A DNA stretch of 64,000 nucleotides from an uncultured Gemmatimonadales bacterium. GTDB taxonomy: Bacteria > Gemmatimonadota > Gemmatimonadetes > Gemmatimonadales > GWC2-71-9. The translations under genes were made by a program, and so were the position numbers. The stretch is taken from the NCBI GenBank assembly GCA_963798915.1, contig CAWCVB010000003.1:32001-96000 (forward strand), in the 5' to 3' direction. The notes beneath the pieces were generated by a model. That model was not told the origin of the DNA. It saw nothing but the letters and a program-made list of their open reading frames with translations, and did no database searches. Below are positions 10,264 to 21,862 of the stretch, one piece after another; the stretch's first letter is position 1; each line of letters opens with the position of its first letter.

Positions 10264-11693
10264 TACCCCGCCTGGCGGGCCGGCCTCCAGGGATCGACGA
10301 TGACATTTCCGCGCACTCGCTGGCGCGCCGCCGCGGCACTCGACGTGGCCCAATAATTCCCGCCGGCATCAAGATGGTCCGCCGTGATGAAGACTCGCGA
10401 CGCTCGCAGGAAGATGTTGTCGGCCAAGGTAGCGGTCCCGGATGCAGAATCGGCGACGAGGCCGTCACCCACTCCATCGAAGATATTACCGCGCAACTGG
10501 GTCCGGGCGCTCAGTTCGAGCACGATGCCGCGATCCAGCCGGGCCAGATAGTTGTCGTCCACCCGCGAGTCCCGGCTGGCACGCGCGGCGCTGTCCCGCG
10601 CGAACAGGTGGATGCCCAGCAGCCCGCCGACGATGGTGTTTCGCGAGAGCACGTTCTGTTGGCCGTGCTCAATGGCGATGCCGCCACTCCGGGTGCCGAT
10701 GATCAGGTTATCCTCGACGACGTTCGCCGTGGAGTATCCCAGCCAGAAGCCATAGTCCGCACTGTCCGCCCGATTGCCCGCAAAGTGATTCCCGAAGCTG
10801 AACGTGGACTCGAACGCGTTATGGAACGCGCCGGTCGCGTCGTTGCGGAGCACCAGATTGCCGATCGAGGGACGGACGAGTGGCGGCTGGCCACTCAGGA
10901 AGAAGCCATCGCCGGAGTGGGAAAGATCGTTGTCCGCGACAACGTTCGAGTCGCTCGCATCACGCAGCAGGATGCCGGCCGAGTCGCAGCCGCGGCGATA
11001 GCGCTCGCTCTCGCATCGGACCACGTGATGGGCCTGATTTCGGAGGATTGTATTGTGCGACGAGTGCCAGAGGCTGATGCCCCAGCCACTGTTGCTGGAG
11101 ACGTCGTTATCGGCGAGCAGCGTGCCGGTCGCATCCCGCAGCATGATGCCATTCTGGGCCGAGACCGCGCGGACCCCGCGTACGGCCGCCCGGTCGGTGC
11201 CGCGCAGGTAGATGCCGGCGCCGTAGTGGTCGGCCGAGTCGGCATGGAAGATGTCCAGCCAGTCGCCCTCGTCGAAAACGTCCGGTGTGGAGCGCAGCGC
11301 TTGTGCCCGGGAGCCGGAGACATCGGTCGACGAGATCAGGTGGCCGCTGCCCCCATTGATGCTCACGCCGAACTGGTACCCCCGGATGGTCCCGCCGGTT
11401 ATGGTGACCCGATCAACACCGCTTGCCACGACACCAGCGCCCTGAAAGCGGGACGGCACGCTGTCGCCACTCTCGAGCGTCACGCCGTTGAGGTCCACGC
11501 TGCTTCCGGCGCTGCCGATGATGATCACCCCCTCGCCGTTCGGATCGGGGATCCGGTAGCGGCCGCGGCAGATGATCACGGTTCCCTGCACCACCGTGCC
11601 CGCCTTGGTCGGACGCACGCACGGGGCGGCATCGCTCGCGGGCGCGACACCCAGCAACAACGCGAACAGCAGCCGAGGATTGGTGATGCGCAT
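10260..11693 (-). CDS. Secreted right-handed parallel beta-helix (NosD-like) protein
   Basis: Signal peptide; repeated GI.L..S..N.I..N units. Confidence 0.8.
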   Translation of the reverse strand: MRITNPRLLFALLLGVAPASDAAPCVRPTKAGTVVQGTVIICRGRYRIPDPNGEGVIIIGSAGSSVDLNGVTLESGDSVPSRFQGAGVVASGVDRVTITGGTIRGYQFGVSINGGSGHLISSTDVSGSRAQALRSTPDVFDEGDWLDIFHADSADHYGAGIYLRGTDRAAVRGVRAVSAQNGIMLRDATGTLLADNDVSSNSGWGISLWHSSHNTILRNQAHHVVRCESERYRRGCDSAGILLRDASDSNVVADNDLSHSGDGFFLSGQPPLVRPSIGNLVLRNDATGAFHNAFESTFSFGNHFAGNRADSADYGFWLGYSTANVVEDNLIIGTRSGGIAIEHGQQNVLSRNTIVGGLLGIHLFARDSAARASRDSRVDDNYLARLDRGIVLELSARTQLRGNIFDGVGDGLVADSASGTATLADNIFLRASRVFITADHLDAGGNYWATSSAAAARQRVRGNVIVDPWRPARQAGY

Positions 11694-12172
11694 CAGGCGG
11701 GAATGTCGGGCATCAGGAGGACATCGCTCAGGATGCCGGCATGTCCGTGGGGCAGCAGGCGCTCGATGTCGCCTAGGGCCCGGACGCTGCGCGGCCAGGT
11801 CAGCATGGCACGGGCCTCCTCAAACGGCAACCAGCGCGCCTCGTCATGTTCCGCACTGAGCGCGATCTGGCCGGCATGTTCCGTCATGGCGACGAACACT
11901 GGCACCAGCGAAACCTCGTCTGCCTGCGCCTGAAAGAAGAGTTCCACCCGGCTGAGGTTGTAGAGGCGTTCGGGACGCAGGCCGGTCTCCTCGAGCAGCT
12001 CGCGACGGGCGGCGATTGCGGGCGTTTCGCCAGGATCGATGTGCCCATGCACTGCCTCGAACGTGCCGGGGCGAGGCCCGCCTGGGGCACGTCGGAGGAC
12101 CAGCAGCTGCAACTGGTCCCGCTGCTGCCGCACCGGATAGACGTCGACCAGCGAGACGCGGACAGCCGTCAT
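11693..12172 (-). CDS. NUDIX hydrolase (NudB-like)
   Basis: Nudix box GHIDPGETPAIAARRELLEETGL; SAEHDEARW. Confidence 0.9.
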   Translation of the reverse strand: MTAVRVSLVDVYPVRQQRDQLQLLVLRRAPGGPRPGTFEAVHGHIDPGETPAIAARRELLEETGLRPERLYNLSRVELFFQAQADEVSLVPVFVAMTEHAGQIALSAEHDEARWLPFEEARAMLTWPRSVRALGDIERLLPHGHAGILSDVLLMPDIPA

Positions 12173-12173
12173 G

Positions 12174-14381
12174 CTAGGTCCGGCGCCGGCTCAGCATGGC
12201 ATCCAGGCGGGCCGCCAGTGCGCGCGGGCGGAATGGCTTGGTGAGGAAATCGTCCGCGCCCAGTTCGAAGACCCGGACCTCATTGTCCTCGTCGCCCTTG
12301 GCCGTGAGCACCAGTACCGGCAGGCGGGCGGTGGCGGGACGCGAACGGAGCTGCTGCAGGACGCTGTAGCCATCGAGCCGCGGCAGGTTGAGGTCAAGCA
12401 CCATGATGTCGGGCGCGACCCGGTCCACCTGGTCCAGCGCCTGCACCCCATCCGCCGCCTCTGCCACCCGGAATCCTTCGCGTTCGAGGAGGTCGCGCAT
12501 GACCTTCCGCAGTCCCTCTTCGTCCTCCACCAGCAGGACGGTGCCCTTGCGGGCTGTGGGCGTAGCAACCGTTGGCGGCAGCTCGGTGTCAGGCAGCAGT
12601 TCAAAGCTCAGTGATTCATCCAGGACGGCAGGCGCGGAGGTCTGTGCCCGTGTCACTGCCGCCGACTGACCCGGGCCAGGGCGCTGTCGTGCCGGCGCGG
12701 AGCGCTCGGCCGGAACGTCAGTGACTCGCAGAAGCTCCTCTACCGACGAGTGCCCCGCAAGCACGTGCCGGAGACCACTCTCGAACAACGAGCGCATGCC
12801 ATTGCGCCGGCCCTCCTCGGCCAGCATGGCTGCGGTCGCGCCCTCGCCGATGAGCCGCTCGAGTTCCGGCGTCAGCACCAGCGCCTCCAGGATCGCGAAA
12901 CGTCCGCGGTACCCAGTGGAGGCGCATTCGGGGCAGCCCACCGCCTTGTACAATGAGGCGCCGGGCGGAATCCACTGGCCCAACCGGGCCGGGACTCCAT
13001 CGGTGTCAGGGGCGCGACATTCGAGGCAGAGCCGGCGCATGAGCCGCTGCGCCACGACACCACGGAGGGCGGAGCCGAGCTTGTACGCCTCGACCCCCAT
13101 GTCCACCAGGCGCGTGATCGAATTGGGCGCATCATTGGTGTGCAGGGTGGACAGCACCAGGTGTCCCGTCAGCGACGCCTGCACCGCAATCTGAGCGGTC
13201 TCGCTGTCGCGAATCTCGCCAACCAGCACCACATCGGGATCCTGGCGGAGGATGGACCGGAGTGCGGACGCGAAGGTGAGGCCGGCCTTTTCCTGCACCT
13301 GCACCTGCACCACATTCTCGCCCAGCTTGTACTCCACCGGATCTTCCACGGTGACGATATTGACTCCCTCGCCCTGCACCAGCCGCAGCGCCGAGTACAG
13401 CGTGGTCGTCTTCCCCGAGCCGGTTGGGCCGGTCACCAGCAGAATGCCCTCCCGGTGGTCCAGCATCTGCTGAATGGTGGCTCGCTCGTCGTCATACAGC
13501 CCGAGGGCCTCGAGCTCCAGGATGACGGCCTTGGTGTTGAGAATGCGGATGACGACCTTCTCACCGGAGGCCGAAGGCAGCGACGAAACCCGGAGGTCCA
13601 CGGGATCGCCGTTCACCAGCACCCGCGCGCGTCCGTCCTGCGGCCGCCGCCGGTCGGCGATGTCGAGCCCGGACATGATCTTGAGCCGCGAGATGAGGGG
13701 CAGGCCGGCGTTGCGGGGAATCTTCATGACCTGGCGAAGTACGCCGTCGATACGATAGCGCACCGCTACCCCGCCCTCGATCGGCTCCACATGGATGTCG
13801 CTGGCCCGGCTGACAATTCCGTCGGCCAGCATCATGTCCACCAGCCGGATGATGGGAGCATGGCTTGCCTCCTCCGCCGAGGCACCGGCCTCTTCCTCGT
13901 CATCGAGGGCCTGCACTTCGGCCCGCTGATCGAAACCTCCCAGCAGCCGGGCCACCGGATCCTCGCTGGGAAAGGCCGACTCGAGTCCGGCTCGAATGCG
14001 AATCGGAGATGCCAGGTACAGCCGTACCTCCCGGCCACTGGCAAAGGCCAGCCCCTTTTCGGCATCGATGTCGAACGGATTGGCAGTGGCGACATCAAGA
14101 CGAGAATCCGACACCCGGAAGGGGAGCACGCGAAAGTTGCGGACCACCTGGGCCGGCACCACGCCGACCGCCTCCGGGGAGGGCTCGCCCTCCGGCATGA
14201 CCGGCATGCGGAAACGCTGTGCCACGGCATCCAGAACCTGCTGATCGGTCAGCAGGCGCCGCTGAACCACGCGGTCCCAGAGCGAAACCGCCTCGCCAGC
14301 GTGCTGCCGCAGATCCGCAATGGCGCCCGCGGCCAGAAGTGGCTCGAGCGTCGTCACAAGCCACTCGTCGGTGAATTGCAT
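12174..14381 (-). CDS. GspE/PilB-family secretion/pilus ATPase with C-terminal receiver domain
   Basis: ASDIHVEP, RRPQDGR, GPTGSGKTTT, TVEDPVE, LRQDPDVVLVGEIRD, STLHTND, CLEC/CPEC; C-terminal VLLVEDE..VLDLNLP..LTA..KPF. Confidence 0.92.
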   Translation of the reverse strand: MQFTDEWLVTTLEPLLAAGAIADLRQHAGEAVSLWDRVVQRRLLTDQQVLDAVAQRFRMPVMPEGEPSPEAVGVVPAQVVRNFRVLPFRVSDSRLDVATANPFDIDAEKGLAFASGREVRLYLASPIRIRAGLESAFPSEDPVARLLGGFDQRAEVQALDDEEEAGASAEEASHAPIIRLVDMMLADGIVSRASDIHVEPIEGGVAVRYRIDGVLRQVMKIPRNAGLPLISRLKIMSGLDIADRRRPQDGRARVLVNGDPVDLRVSSLPSASGEKVVIRILNTKAVILELEALGLYDDERATIQQMLDHREGILLVTGPTGSGKTTTLYSALRLVQGEGVNIVTVEDPVEYKLGENVVQVQVQEKAGLTFASALRSILRQDPDVVLVGEIRDSETAQIAVQASLTGHLVLSTLHTNDAPNSITRLVDMGVEAYKLGSALRGVVAQRLMRRLCLECRAPDTDGVPARLGQWIPPGASLYKAVGCPECASTGYRGRFAILEALVLTPELERLIGEGATAAMLAEEGRRNGMRSLFESGLRHVLAGHSSVEELLRVTDVPAERSAPARQRPGPGQSAAVTRAQTSAPAVLDESLSFELLPDTELPPTVATPTARKGTVLLVEDEEGLRKVMRDLLEREGFRVAEAADGVQALDQVDRVAPDIMVLDLNLPRLDGYSVLQQLRSRPATARLPVLVLTAKGDEDNEVRVFELGADDFLTKPFRPRALAARLDAMLSRRRT

Positions 14382-14437
14382 TTGCAGTCCGTAGTAATGC
14401 GGAGAAAGTGCCCTACCGGCATCCAAGTGTAATCGAG

Positions 14438-16489
14438 CTAGAGGACTCCCCACCAGTCACGGTTGATATCCACGGTGAGCCCGAGGTTGCCCGTTCGAAG
14501 TGCGATCCCGCCCTCGACCCGCAGCAATCGCATGAACACGTCGACCGCCAGACCCGCCACGGGCCGAATGCCGTCGGAGGCACGCCAGGGCACGCCGGCT
14601 TCGCTGCCTCCGGTCCATCCCGCGGCCACAAACGGGGCGAGCGTGATGGAGCGACCAGTGGAGGCGAATGAGCCCAGCGGGATGGCCGGAGCAGGCACCT
14701 GGAAACGCCACTCCAACCGCGCCAGGGCCATCTCCCGCCCGCCAAATGCTCGAAAGGGCTCGCCCACCAGCGTTCCGCGGCCGCCCATGACGAAACTGCG
14801 ATATGGCGGCATGGCGGCGCTGCCCCATCCGCCCTCGCCCGTGAAGAGCAGTTCGCTGTCACCGACGCGCCGCCGGATGCGCACCACGCCGCTGGCGCGA
14901 AGAAAATCCTCTTCCCCTTCACCCGCCTCGAGGGTGGCCTTGCCGTCCAGGTCACCACCGGTGGCCACCGAGGAAAGCGGTCCTCGCTCGACGACGAGTC
15001 GTGCGGTGCGAAACTCCCCGGCGCCCAGCGGCGGATTCGGGCGATACTGCCCGGACGCGGGGTCATGGCGCACCGGCAGCGAGTACGCATGTTCGATGCC
15101 GACACCAAGCGTGGCGGCGTGCCGGGAGCCGAGCCGCTCGCGGATGGCGAGTTCGGCGCGGTCCCGTCGGTAGTAGTCGCCGTAGTCCTTGCCAAACTCC
15201 TGGGCCACGACCGAATTGAGCAATGGTGCAATCACCGCCCCGTCCGCCACGTCCTCTACGCTCCGGCGTGCGCCCAGGCTGAGTCGTGTCGCGCCCTGGC
15301 CGATGAGCGCGCTGAGACCACCCGTGGCGCGGCCATCCGAGGTGCCGATGCCCAGCTCTGGTCGCAGTTGAATGCGATTCCGGCCCAGCCCGAGCACAGC
15401 CGCACCAGCCAGTGCCAGCCCCTGCACCCGATTCACCCTGACAAGGTCGCTTACACTCTGCCCACCGATTCTTGCGGCGGGAAGGCCTGACAGGAGATGG
15501 TTGCCGGCCACCCGTTCGACATCAGCCCGGATGGCGGCCATCTCCTCCTGGCTGAATGGTTGCTCCAGCTGGTGAATGGCATCCAGCAACGGCGTCGTCC
15601 AGAGGGTCGAGTCGCTGTTGTCAGGACGCCGGAGACCACTGATGGCAACCCGATTGAGCAAATCGGCCGGGAACGGGGCGTTCAGGTCGTAATTCTCGAT
15701 CTCCCATCGCCCACGGATGATGCCGCGCGCCGGAAACTCGAGCCAGCTGAACCGCCGCCGTATCTCGATTTCCTGGCGATGGGGCAGCCAGTACCGCCCC
15801 TCCCAGAGCGCCCCCTCCAGCGTGATGGAGATATCCTCGAGCTGGGAGTCGAGGTACGCGGCCGGGGTGAAACTGAACCTGAAGCGCACCAGTTGTGCTG
15901 TGGCCGCATCGAGAAACAGCGTTCCGACCACCCTCGGCTGGCTGAAATCCCGCGGCCGCACGGCGAGCGCCAGCAGGCGGATCGAGCCGCCCGCTCCCTG
16001 CACTGTGACACTGTCGGTCAGCGCAAAATCGTACATCGCCAGGCCGGCAGCGGAGAGCGGATGCGGCACATCCCGCACCTCGTCCCCTTCGCCGACCCGA
16101 ATGCGATCGCCGAAATTGTTGGTGACAATGCCAAGGTGGTCGCGATGGTAATCGATGTCGGTCGGCAGGAACCGCCCGTCCCGCCAGCCGCGTATGACCT
16201 GCTTGCTGATGTTCGGGGCCCGCCAATACACTTCCACCTGCAGTTCGTCTGCCTTGACCAGGCGAGGGGGCTCGCGCAAGCCTTCCTCCCCGACCTGGGC
16301 CAGAAAGAAGACAAAGCCATGCGCGCTGGTGCGATAGCTGCGCAGCGATGAATCGGCCGCCAGCGCTTGCCGCTGCGCCGTGCCCGCGCGCGCGAGCCGG
16401 AGCGCGTCGGGAGCATTCCATGCCTGGGCTTCGACCGCCCTGGGCAGGAGCCACACGACGAATACCAGCCCTACAGAGAGAGGTCGCAT
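14438..16489 (-). CDS. Hypothetical exported protein with probable C-terminal outer-membrane beta-barrel
   Basis: Signal peptide ending VEA-QA; alternating amphipathic strands in the C-terminal half; start at ATG 16489. Confidence 0.65.
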   Translation of the reverse strand: MRPLSVGLVFVVWLLPRAVEAQAWNAPDALRLARAGTAQRQALAADSSLRSYRTSAHGFVFFLAQVGEEGLREPPRLVKADELQVEVYWRAPNISKQVIRGWRDGRFLPTDIDYHRDHLGIVTNNFGDRIRVGEGDEVRDVPHPLSAAGLAMYDFALTDSVTVQGAGGSIRLLALAVRPRDFSQPRVVGTLFLDAATAQLVRFRFSFTPAAYLDSQLEDISITLEGALWEGRYWLPHRQEIEIRRRFSWLEFPARGIIRGRWEIENYDLNAPFPADLLNRVAISGLRRPDNSDSTLWTTPLLDAIHQLEQPFSQEEMAAIRADVERVAGNHLLSGLPAARIGGQSVSDLVRVNRVQGLALAGAAVLGLGRNRIQLRPELGIGTSDGRATGGLSALIGQGATRLSLGARRSVEDVADGAVIAPLLNSVVAQEFGKDYGDYYRRDRAELAIRERLGSRHAATLGVGIEHAYSLPVRHDPASGQYRPNPPLGAGEFRTARLVVERGPLSSVATGGDLDGKATLEAGEGEEDFLRASGVVRIRRRVGDSELLFTGEGGWGSAAMPPYRSFVMGGRGTLVGEPFRAFGGREMALARLEWRFQVPAPAIPLGSFASTGRSITLAPFVAAGWTGGSEAGVPWRASDGIRPVAGLAVDVFMRLLRVEGGIALRTGNLGLTVDINRDWWGVL

Positions 16490-17097
16490 TGAGCGGAATA
16501 TTCCGGGTCGAGTGGGCACGAGCAAGCGCCGCAGTTCTGGCGCTCGCCGCTTCAGCAGCTTCCTGCGGCGGGCCACCCCCGGCCACCGGCACCGGGCCGG
16601 TCATGGATACGACGGGATCCGGTTTCGGCACGATGCCACTCGCGGCCGTGTATCAGCTCGAGAGCACCGGTGCGCCACCGCCTGACACGACGGTGCTGAC
16701 CCCGGCTGGCGTGGCGCGCACCATCGTGCTGCGCCACGCCCCCCCGGATAATGTGGTCTTCGCCTCCATCGCCTTCGATTCGTCGGCCTTCCAGACCTCG
16801 GCCGGCCGCCAGGTGGAAGTGCAGGTCACCCCTCGCCCGGGTGCCTATGGCCTGACGGTGCGGAGCAGTGCGCCGTTCAGCGCGGCCCGGCTCACCTTTG
16901 CCTATCCAGTGCACTTCTTTGCCCCGCGTGGTGCGCGGGAACAGTATGGCAGCGACCTCCAAGTGGAACGCGCGCTCGCCATTGCCCAGCTGGATGGTCT
17001 CGCGGTCACCTTCCTCGCTTCGGTGCGGCCATCCACCGACCATATCAGCACCATCATTCCGGGGCCCGGTACCTATCTCGTGGCAGTCCCCAGGTGA
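16489..17097 (+). CDS. Putative lipoprotein (start uncertain)
   Basis: Lipobox-like AAVLALAASAAS-CGG in ORF 16348..17097; GTGA overlap with trpE. Confidence 0.55.
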   Translation: MSGIFRVEWARASAAVLALAASAASCGGPPPATGTGPVMDTTGSGFGTMPLAAVYQLESTGAPPPDTTVLTPAGVARTIVLRHAPPDNVVFASIAFDSSAFQTSAGRQVEVQVTPRPGAYGLTVRSSAPFSAARLTFAYPVHFFAPRGAREQYGSDLQVERALAIAQLDGLAVTFLASVRPSTDHISTIIPGPGTYLVAVPR

Positions 17098-18581
17098 TCC
17101 GGACCACCCTGGAGCAGTTTTCCGCCGCGGCCGCCGGTGGCGGGGTGGTGCCGGTGGCGCGCGAAGTGGTGCTGGACACCGAAACGGCCATTACCGCCTT
17201 TGCCAAGCTGCATCGGGGCGAATACGGGTTCCTGCTGGAATCGCTCGAGGGCGGCGAACGATGGGCGCGCTACACCTTTCTGGCCACCGAGCCGTCAGCT
17301 GTTTACGAGTATCGTGGCCGGGCCGTCCGCCGCTGGACTCCCGACGGCGGCTGGACCGCGCAGCCCGATGCCGACCCGATGGCGCACCTCGCCGCACTCA
17401 TGCGGGAGACGGAGGCCGTGAGCCAGCCGGGCCTCCCACGGTTCACCGGCGGGGCTGTCGGATTCCTGGGTTACGATGTGGTGCGCTCGCTGGAGCGCAT
17501 CGGGACGCCGCCTCCCGATGACCGCAACCTGCCAGATGCGGTCATGATGATCGCGGACACGGTGCTCGCGCTGGACAATGCATTCCACACCGCCATCGTG
17601 ATTGCCAATGTCCGGGTTGAGCGGGATGCGGGCGTCCAAGCATTGAAGACGCTGTTTGGCGAGGCGTCCGCCCGTATTGAGTCCTGGATCGAACGGCTGC
17701 GGGAGCCGGTTCTGCTGGCGCCACTCCATCTGGGCAGTGCGGGCGCCCTTCCACCGGTCACCTCCCCGTATCCGCCGGAAAAATTCCGGCAGGATGTGGA
17801 GCGGATCCGCGAATACATTCGCGCCGGCGACGTCTTCCAGGCGGTGCTCTCGCGCCGGCTCGACCTGCCTGCGCCCGATCCCCTGCTGGCCTATCGCCAC
17901 CTGCGCGCGCTCAATCCTGCGCCCTACCTGTTCCTGTTGCGGCTGGGTCCATTGTCGTTGGTCGGGAGTTCGCCGGAGGTCCTGGTCCGCGTCGAGCACG
18001 GGGAGATCACGGTTCGTCCGATTGCCGGCACTCGCCCGCGCGGACGCGATGCCGCCGAGGACGCGGCGCTCGAAGCCGAACTGGTGGCAGATCCGAAGGA
18101 GCGGGCGGAACACATGATGCTGGTGGATCTGGGGCGGAACGACGTCGGCCGCGTGAGCCGCTACGGCACGGTGGAAGTGCGCTCGCTGTTGTCGGTAGAA
18201 CGCTATTCCCACGTCATGCACCTCGTGAGCGAGGTGCGCGGCACCCTCTGGGAAGACATCGACGCGCTGGCGGCCCTGGCCGCCTGCTTTCCGGCCGGCA
18301 CGGTCTCCGGCGCACCCAAGATCCGCGCGATGCAGATCATTGACGAGCTGGAGCCGACTCGACGCGGCCCGTATGCCGGTGCGGTGGGATACGTCGGCTG
18401 GGGCGGCCGGACGCTCGACACGGCCATCGCCATACGAACTGCCATAATCCAGGACGGGGTGGCCTGGGTTCAGGCCGGAGCGGGCATCGTGGCGGATTCG
18501 GATCCGGCAGCCGAACTTGCTGAAACCGAGGCCAAGGCCCGGGCCGTGCTGGCCGCGCTGGGACTTGCCGGCGCAGCCTGA
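17094..18581 (+). CDS. trpE: Anthranilate synthase component I
   Basis: FLLESLEG, GDVFQAVLS, NPAPY, GSSPE, RPIAGT, EHMMLVDLGRND, FPAGTVSGAPK. Confidence 0.92.
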   Translation: MIRTTLEQFSAAAAGGGVVPVAREVVLDTETAITAFAKLHRGEYGFLLESLEGGERWARYTFLATEPSAVYEYRGRAVRRWTPDGGWTAQPDADPMAHLAALMRETEAVSQPGLPRFTGGAVGFLGYDVVRSLERIGTPPPDDRNLPDAVMMIADTVLALDNAFHTAIVIANVRVERDAGVQALKTLFGEASARIESWIERLREPVLLAPLHLGSAGALPPVTSPYPPEKFRQDVERIREYIRAGDVFQAVLSRRLDLPAPDPLLAYRHLRALNPAPYLFLLRLGPLSLVGSSPEVLVRVEHGEITVRPIAGTRPRGRDAAEDAALEAELVADPKERAEHMMLVDLGRNDVGRVSRYGTVEVRSLLSVERYSHVMHLVSEVRGTLWEDIDALAALAACFPAGTVSGAPKIRAMQIIDELEPTRRGPYAGAVGYVGWGGRTLDTAIAIRTAIIQDGVAWVQAGAGIVADSDPAAELAETEAKARAVLAALGLAGAA

Positions 18582-18607
18582 GGCGCGTCTCCCTATATTC
18601 GGGGCCC

Positions 18608-20169
<1,562 letters not shown>

Positions 20170-20188
<19 letters not shown>

Positions 20189-20739
20189 TCCCAGCCGGCC
20201 TCCTGCATCAGCTCGAGCACCAGCCGCACTGGCAAACCCATGACGCTGAAGAAATCGCCTTCCACCCGGTCCACCAACGCCGCCCCGTAGCCCTGAATCC
20301 CGTAGGCGCCAGCCTTGTCCATCGGTTCGCCCGTGGCCACGTAGGCTCGAAGGAACTCGGTGGATACCGGCCGGAAGGTGACGCGGGTGACGTCGGCGCG
20401 AACCCGCGTCACCCCGGCCGAGGCGAGCGCCACGGCCGTGCACACCTCATGCACCTGGCCCTGGAGCCGTTCCAGCATGCGCACGGCATCCTGGGCATCG
20501 GCCGGCTTCTCCAGCACTTCGTCACCGAGGATGACTATCGTGTCGGCACCCAGCACGTAGGCACCCGGCACGCTCCCGGCCTTTTCCCGCGCCAGCCGCT
20601 CGGCATAGCCGGCCGGCGTTTCGCCGGGCCGGCGGACTTCCTCGACCGAGGATGGAACCACGTGCATCGGAATGCCCAGCATTTCCAGCAGTTGGCGGCG
20701 ACGGGGGGAGGCGGATGCGAGCGTCAGGAAGCGATTCAC
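20170..20739 (-). CDS. maf: Maf family nucleoside triphosphate pyrophosphatase
   Basis: [33 protein letters not shown]. Confidence 0.93.
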
Positions 20740-21179
20740 CCGTTGCGCTCCAGGATCATGGTGACAGGACCGTCGTTGCAGATATCCACCTCCATCATGG
20801 CGCCGAATCGGCCAGTTTCCACCGTGAGCCCCTGCGCGCGCAATGCGGCAACGAACTGTTCGTAGAGCGGCTCCGCCATTTCCGGCCTGGCGGCGTCCAC
20901 GAACGACGGGCGGCGCCCCTTCGCGGCGTTGCCATAGAGCGTGAACTGGGAAATAGCGAGCACCGATCCGCCCACGTCGAGGAGGCCGAGATTCATCTTG
21001 CCATCCCGGTCAGGAAAGAGCCGCAGCCCGGCCACCTTTTCGGCCATCCACGCCACGTCGGCCGGGCTGTCCGCGTGAGACAGGCCGACCAGCAGGCAAT
21101 AGCCCACACCGATCGCTCCCACCGTCGCGGAATCCACCCGGACGCTGGCGCGCGATACACGCTGCAGGACGACACGCAT
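20736..21179 (-). CDS. dtd: D-aminoacyl-tRNA deacylase
   Basis: [30 protein letters not shown]; start at ATG 21179. Confidence 0.95.
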   Translation of the reverse strand: MRVVLQRVSRASVRVDSATVGAIGVGYCLLVGLSHADSPADVAWMAEKVAGLRLFPDRDGKMNLGLLDVGGSVLAISQFTLYGNAAKGRRPSFVDAARPEMAEPLYEQFVAALRAQGLTVETGRFGAMMEVDICNDGPVTMILERNG

Positions 21180-21294
21180 GGCAAGCTCCCCCATGGAGTC
21201 TGAGGCTGGGCACAGTGACGCCAGCCGGCCTGAGAGGGACCGAATGAGCCGCTTCAGCAGCTCATTCGGCTTTTCACGTTACACTGGGCTGCAC

Positions 21295-21322
21295 TTGACA
21301 GGAACAGGCCCGGCCCTAGCGT
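21295..21322 (+). promoter_or_regulatory. Putative sigma70 promoter TTGACA-N16-TAGCGT for the DUF4242 gene
   Basis: Perfect -35 at 21295-21300; SD GAGGAGG before GTG 21355. Confidence 0.45.
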
Positions 21323-21354
21323 CCAGCTGATTCATCTACCCAGAGGAGGTTCCG

Positions 21355-21645
21355 GTGCCCCTGTTCATCATCGAGCGTCACGTGCCCGGCGTGCACACGC
21401 TCTCCGCCGAGGAGCTGGCCAAGGTCTCGGCCAAGTCCAACGCCGTACTCGACCAGCTTCCACGCACCATCCAGTGGATGCAAAGCTACGTAACGGAGGA
21501 CAAGCTCTACTGCATCTATCGCTCGCCCAGCGAGGAACTCATCCGGACGCATGCCATTACCGGCGGCTTCCCGGCGGACCGTATTGCCCGCTTCGATACG
21601 ATCATCGGCCCGCAAACGGGAGACGCCGTCGGCGGCAGTTCCTGA
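21355..21645 (+). CDS. DUF4242 (SCO4226-like) small protein
   Basis: FIIER, IQWMQSYVTEDKLYCIY, HA..GGFPADRI; strong SD. Confidence 0.8.
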   Translation: MPLFIIERHVPGVHTLSAEELAKVSAKSNAVLDQLPRTIQWMQSYVTEDKLYCIYRSPSEELIRTHAITGGFPADRIARFDTIIGPQTGDAVGGSS

Positions 21646-21697
21646 GGGGCACGGCGCCACGCCGACCGGAATGTAAGGCTGGTCACAGCTGCCGGCG

Positions 21698-21862
21698 GTC
21701 ACGCTCAAGGGTGAAGTCGAAGACCGCCGGGCCAAGAGGCGGGCCGAGGACTGCGCGGAGCAGATCCTGGGTGTCCGCGATGTCCACAACGAACTGCACG
21801 CCCGTCGTGGCTTCTGGCACACGCTGATGGGTGAGGACCGCGAGACGGCTCCGAGGGGGTAG
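21698..21862 (+). pseudogene. BON-domain gene remnant lacking its N-terminus
   Basis: Translates VTLKGEVEDRRAKRRAEDCAEQILGVRDVHNELHARRGFW...*; in-frame TAA at 21674 upstream and no ATG/GTG/TTG start between it and the motif. Confidence 0.7.

Noticed and set aside
17094..18581. trpE without adjacent trpG as a secondary-metabolite signal
   Set aside because: Dispersed trp genes are common and no biosynthetic cluster genes are nearby.
21223..21238. AGCCGGCCTGAGAGGG resembles a conserved 16S rRNA segment
   Set aside because: Only 16 nt and the flanks are not colinear with 16S; chance match is likely.
21228..21270. Minus-strand GCCGAA...CTCTCAGGC resembling a glycine riboswitch core
   Set aside because: No GGAGA/P2 element, CCGAAG is not intact, and a stronger competing hairpin exists.
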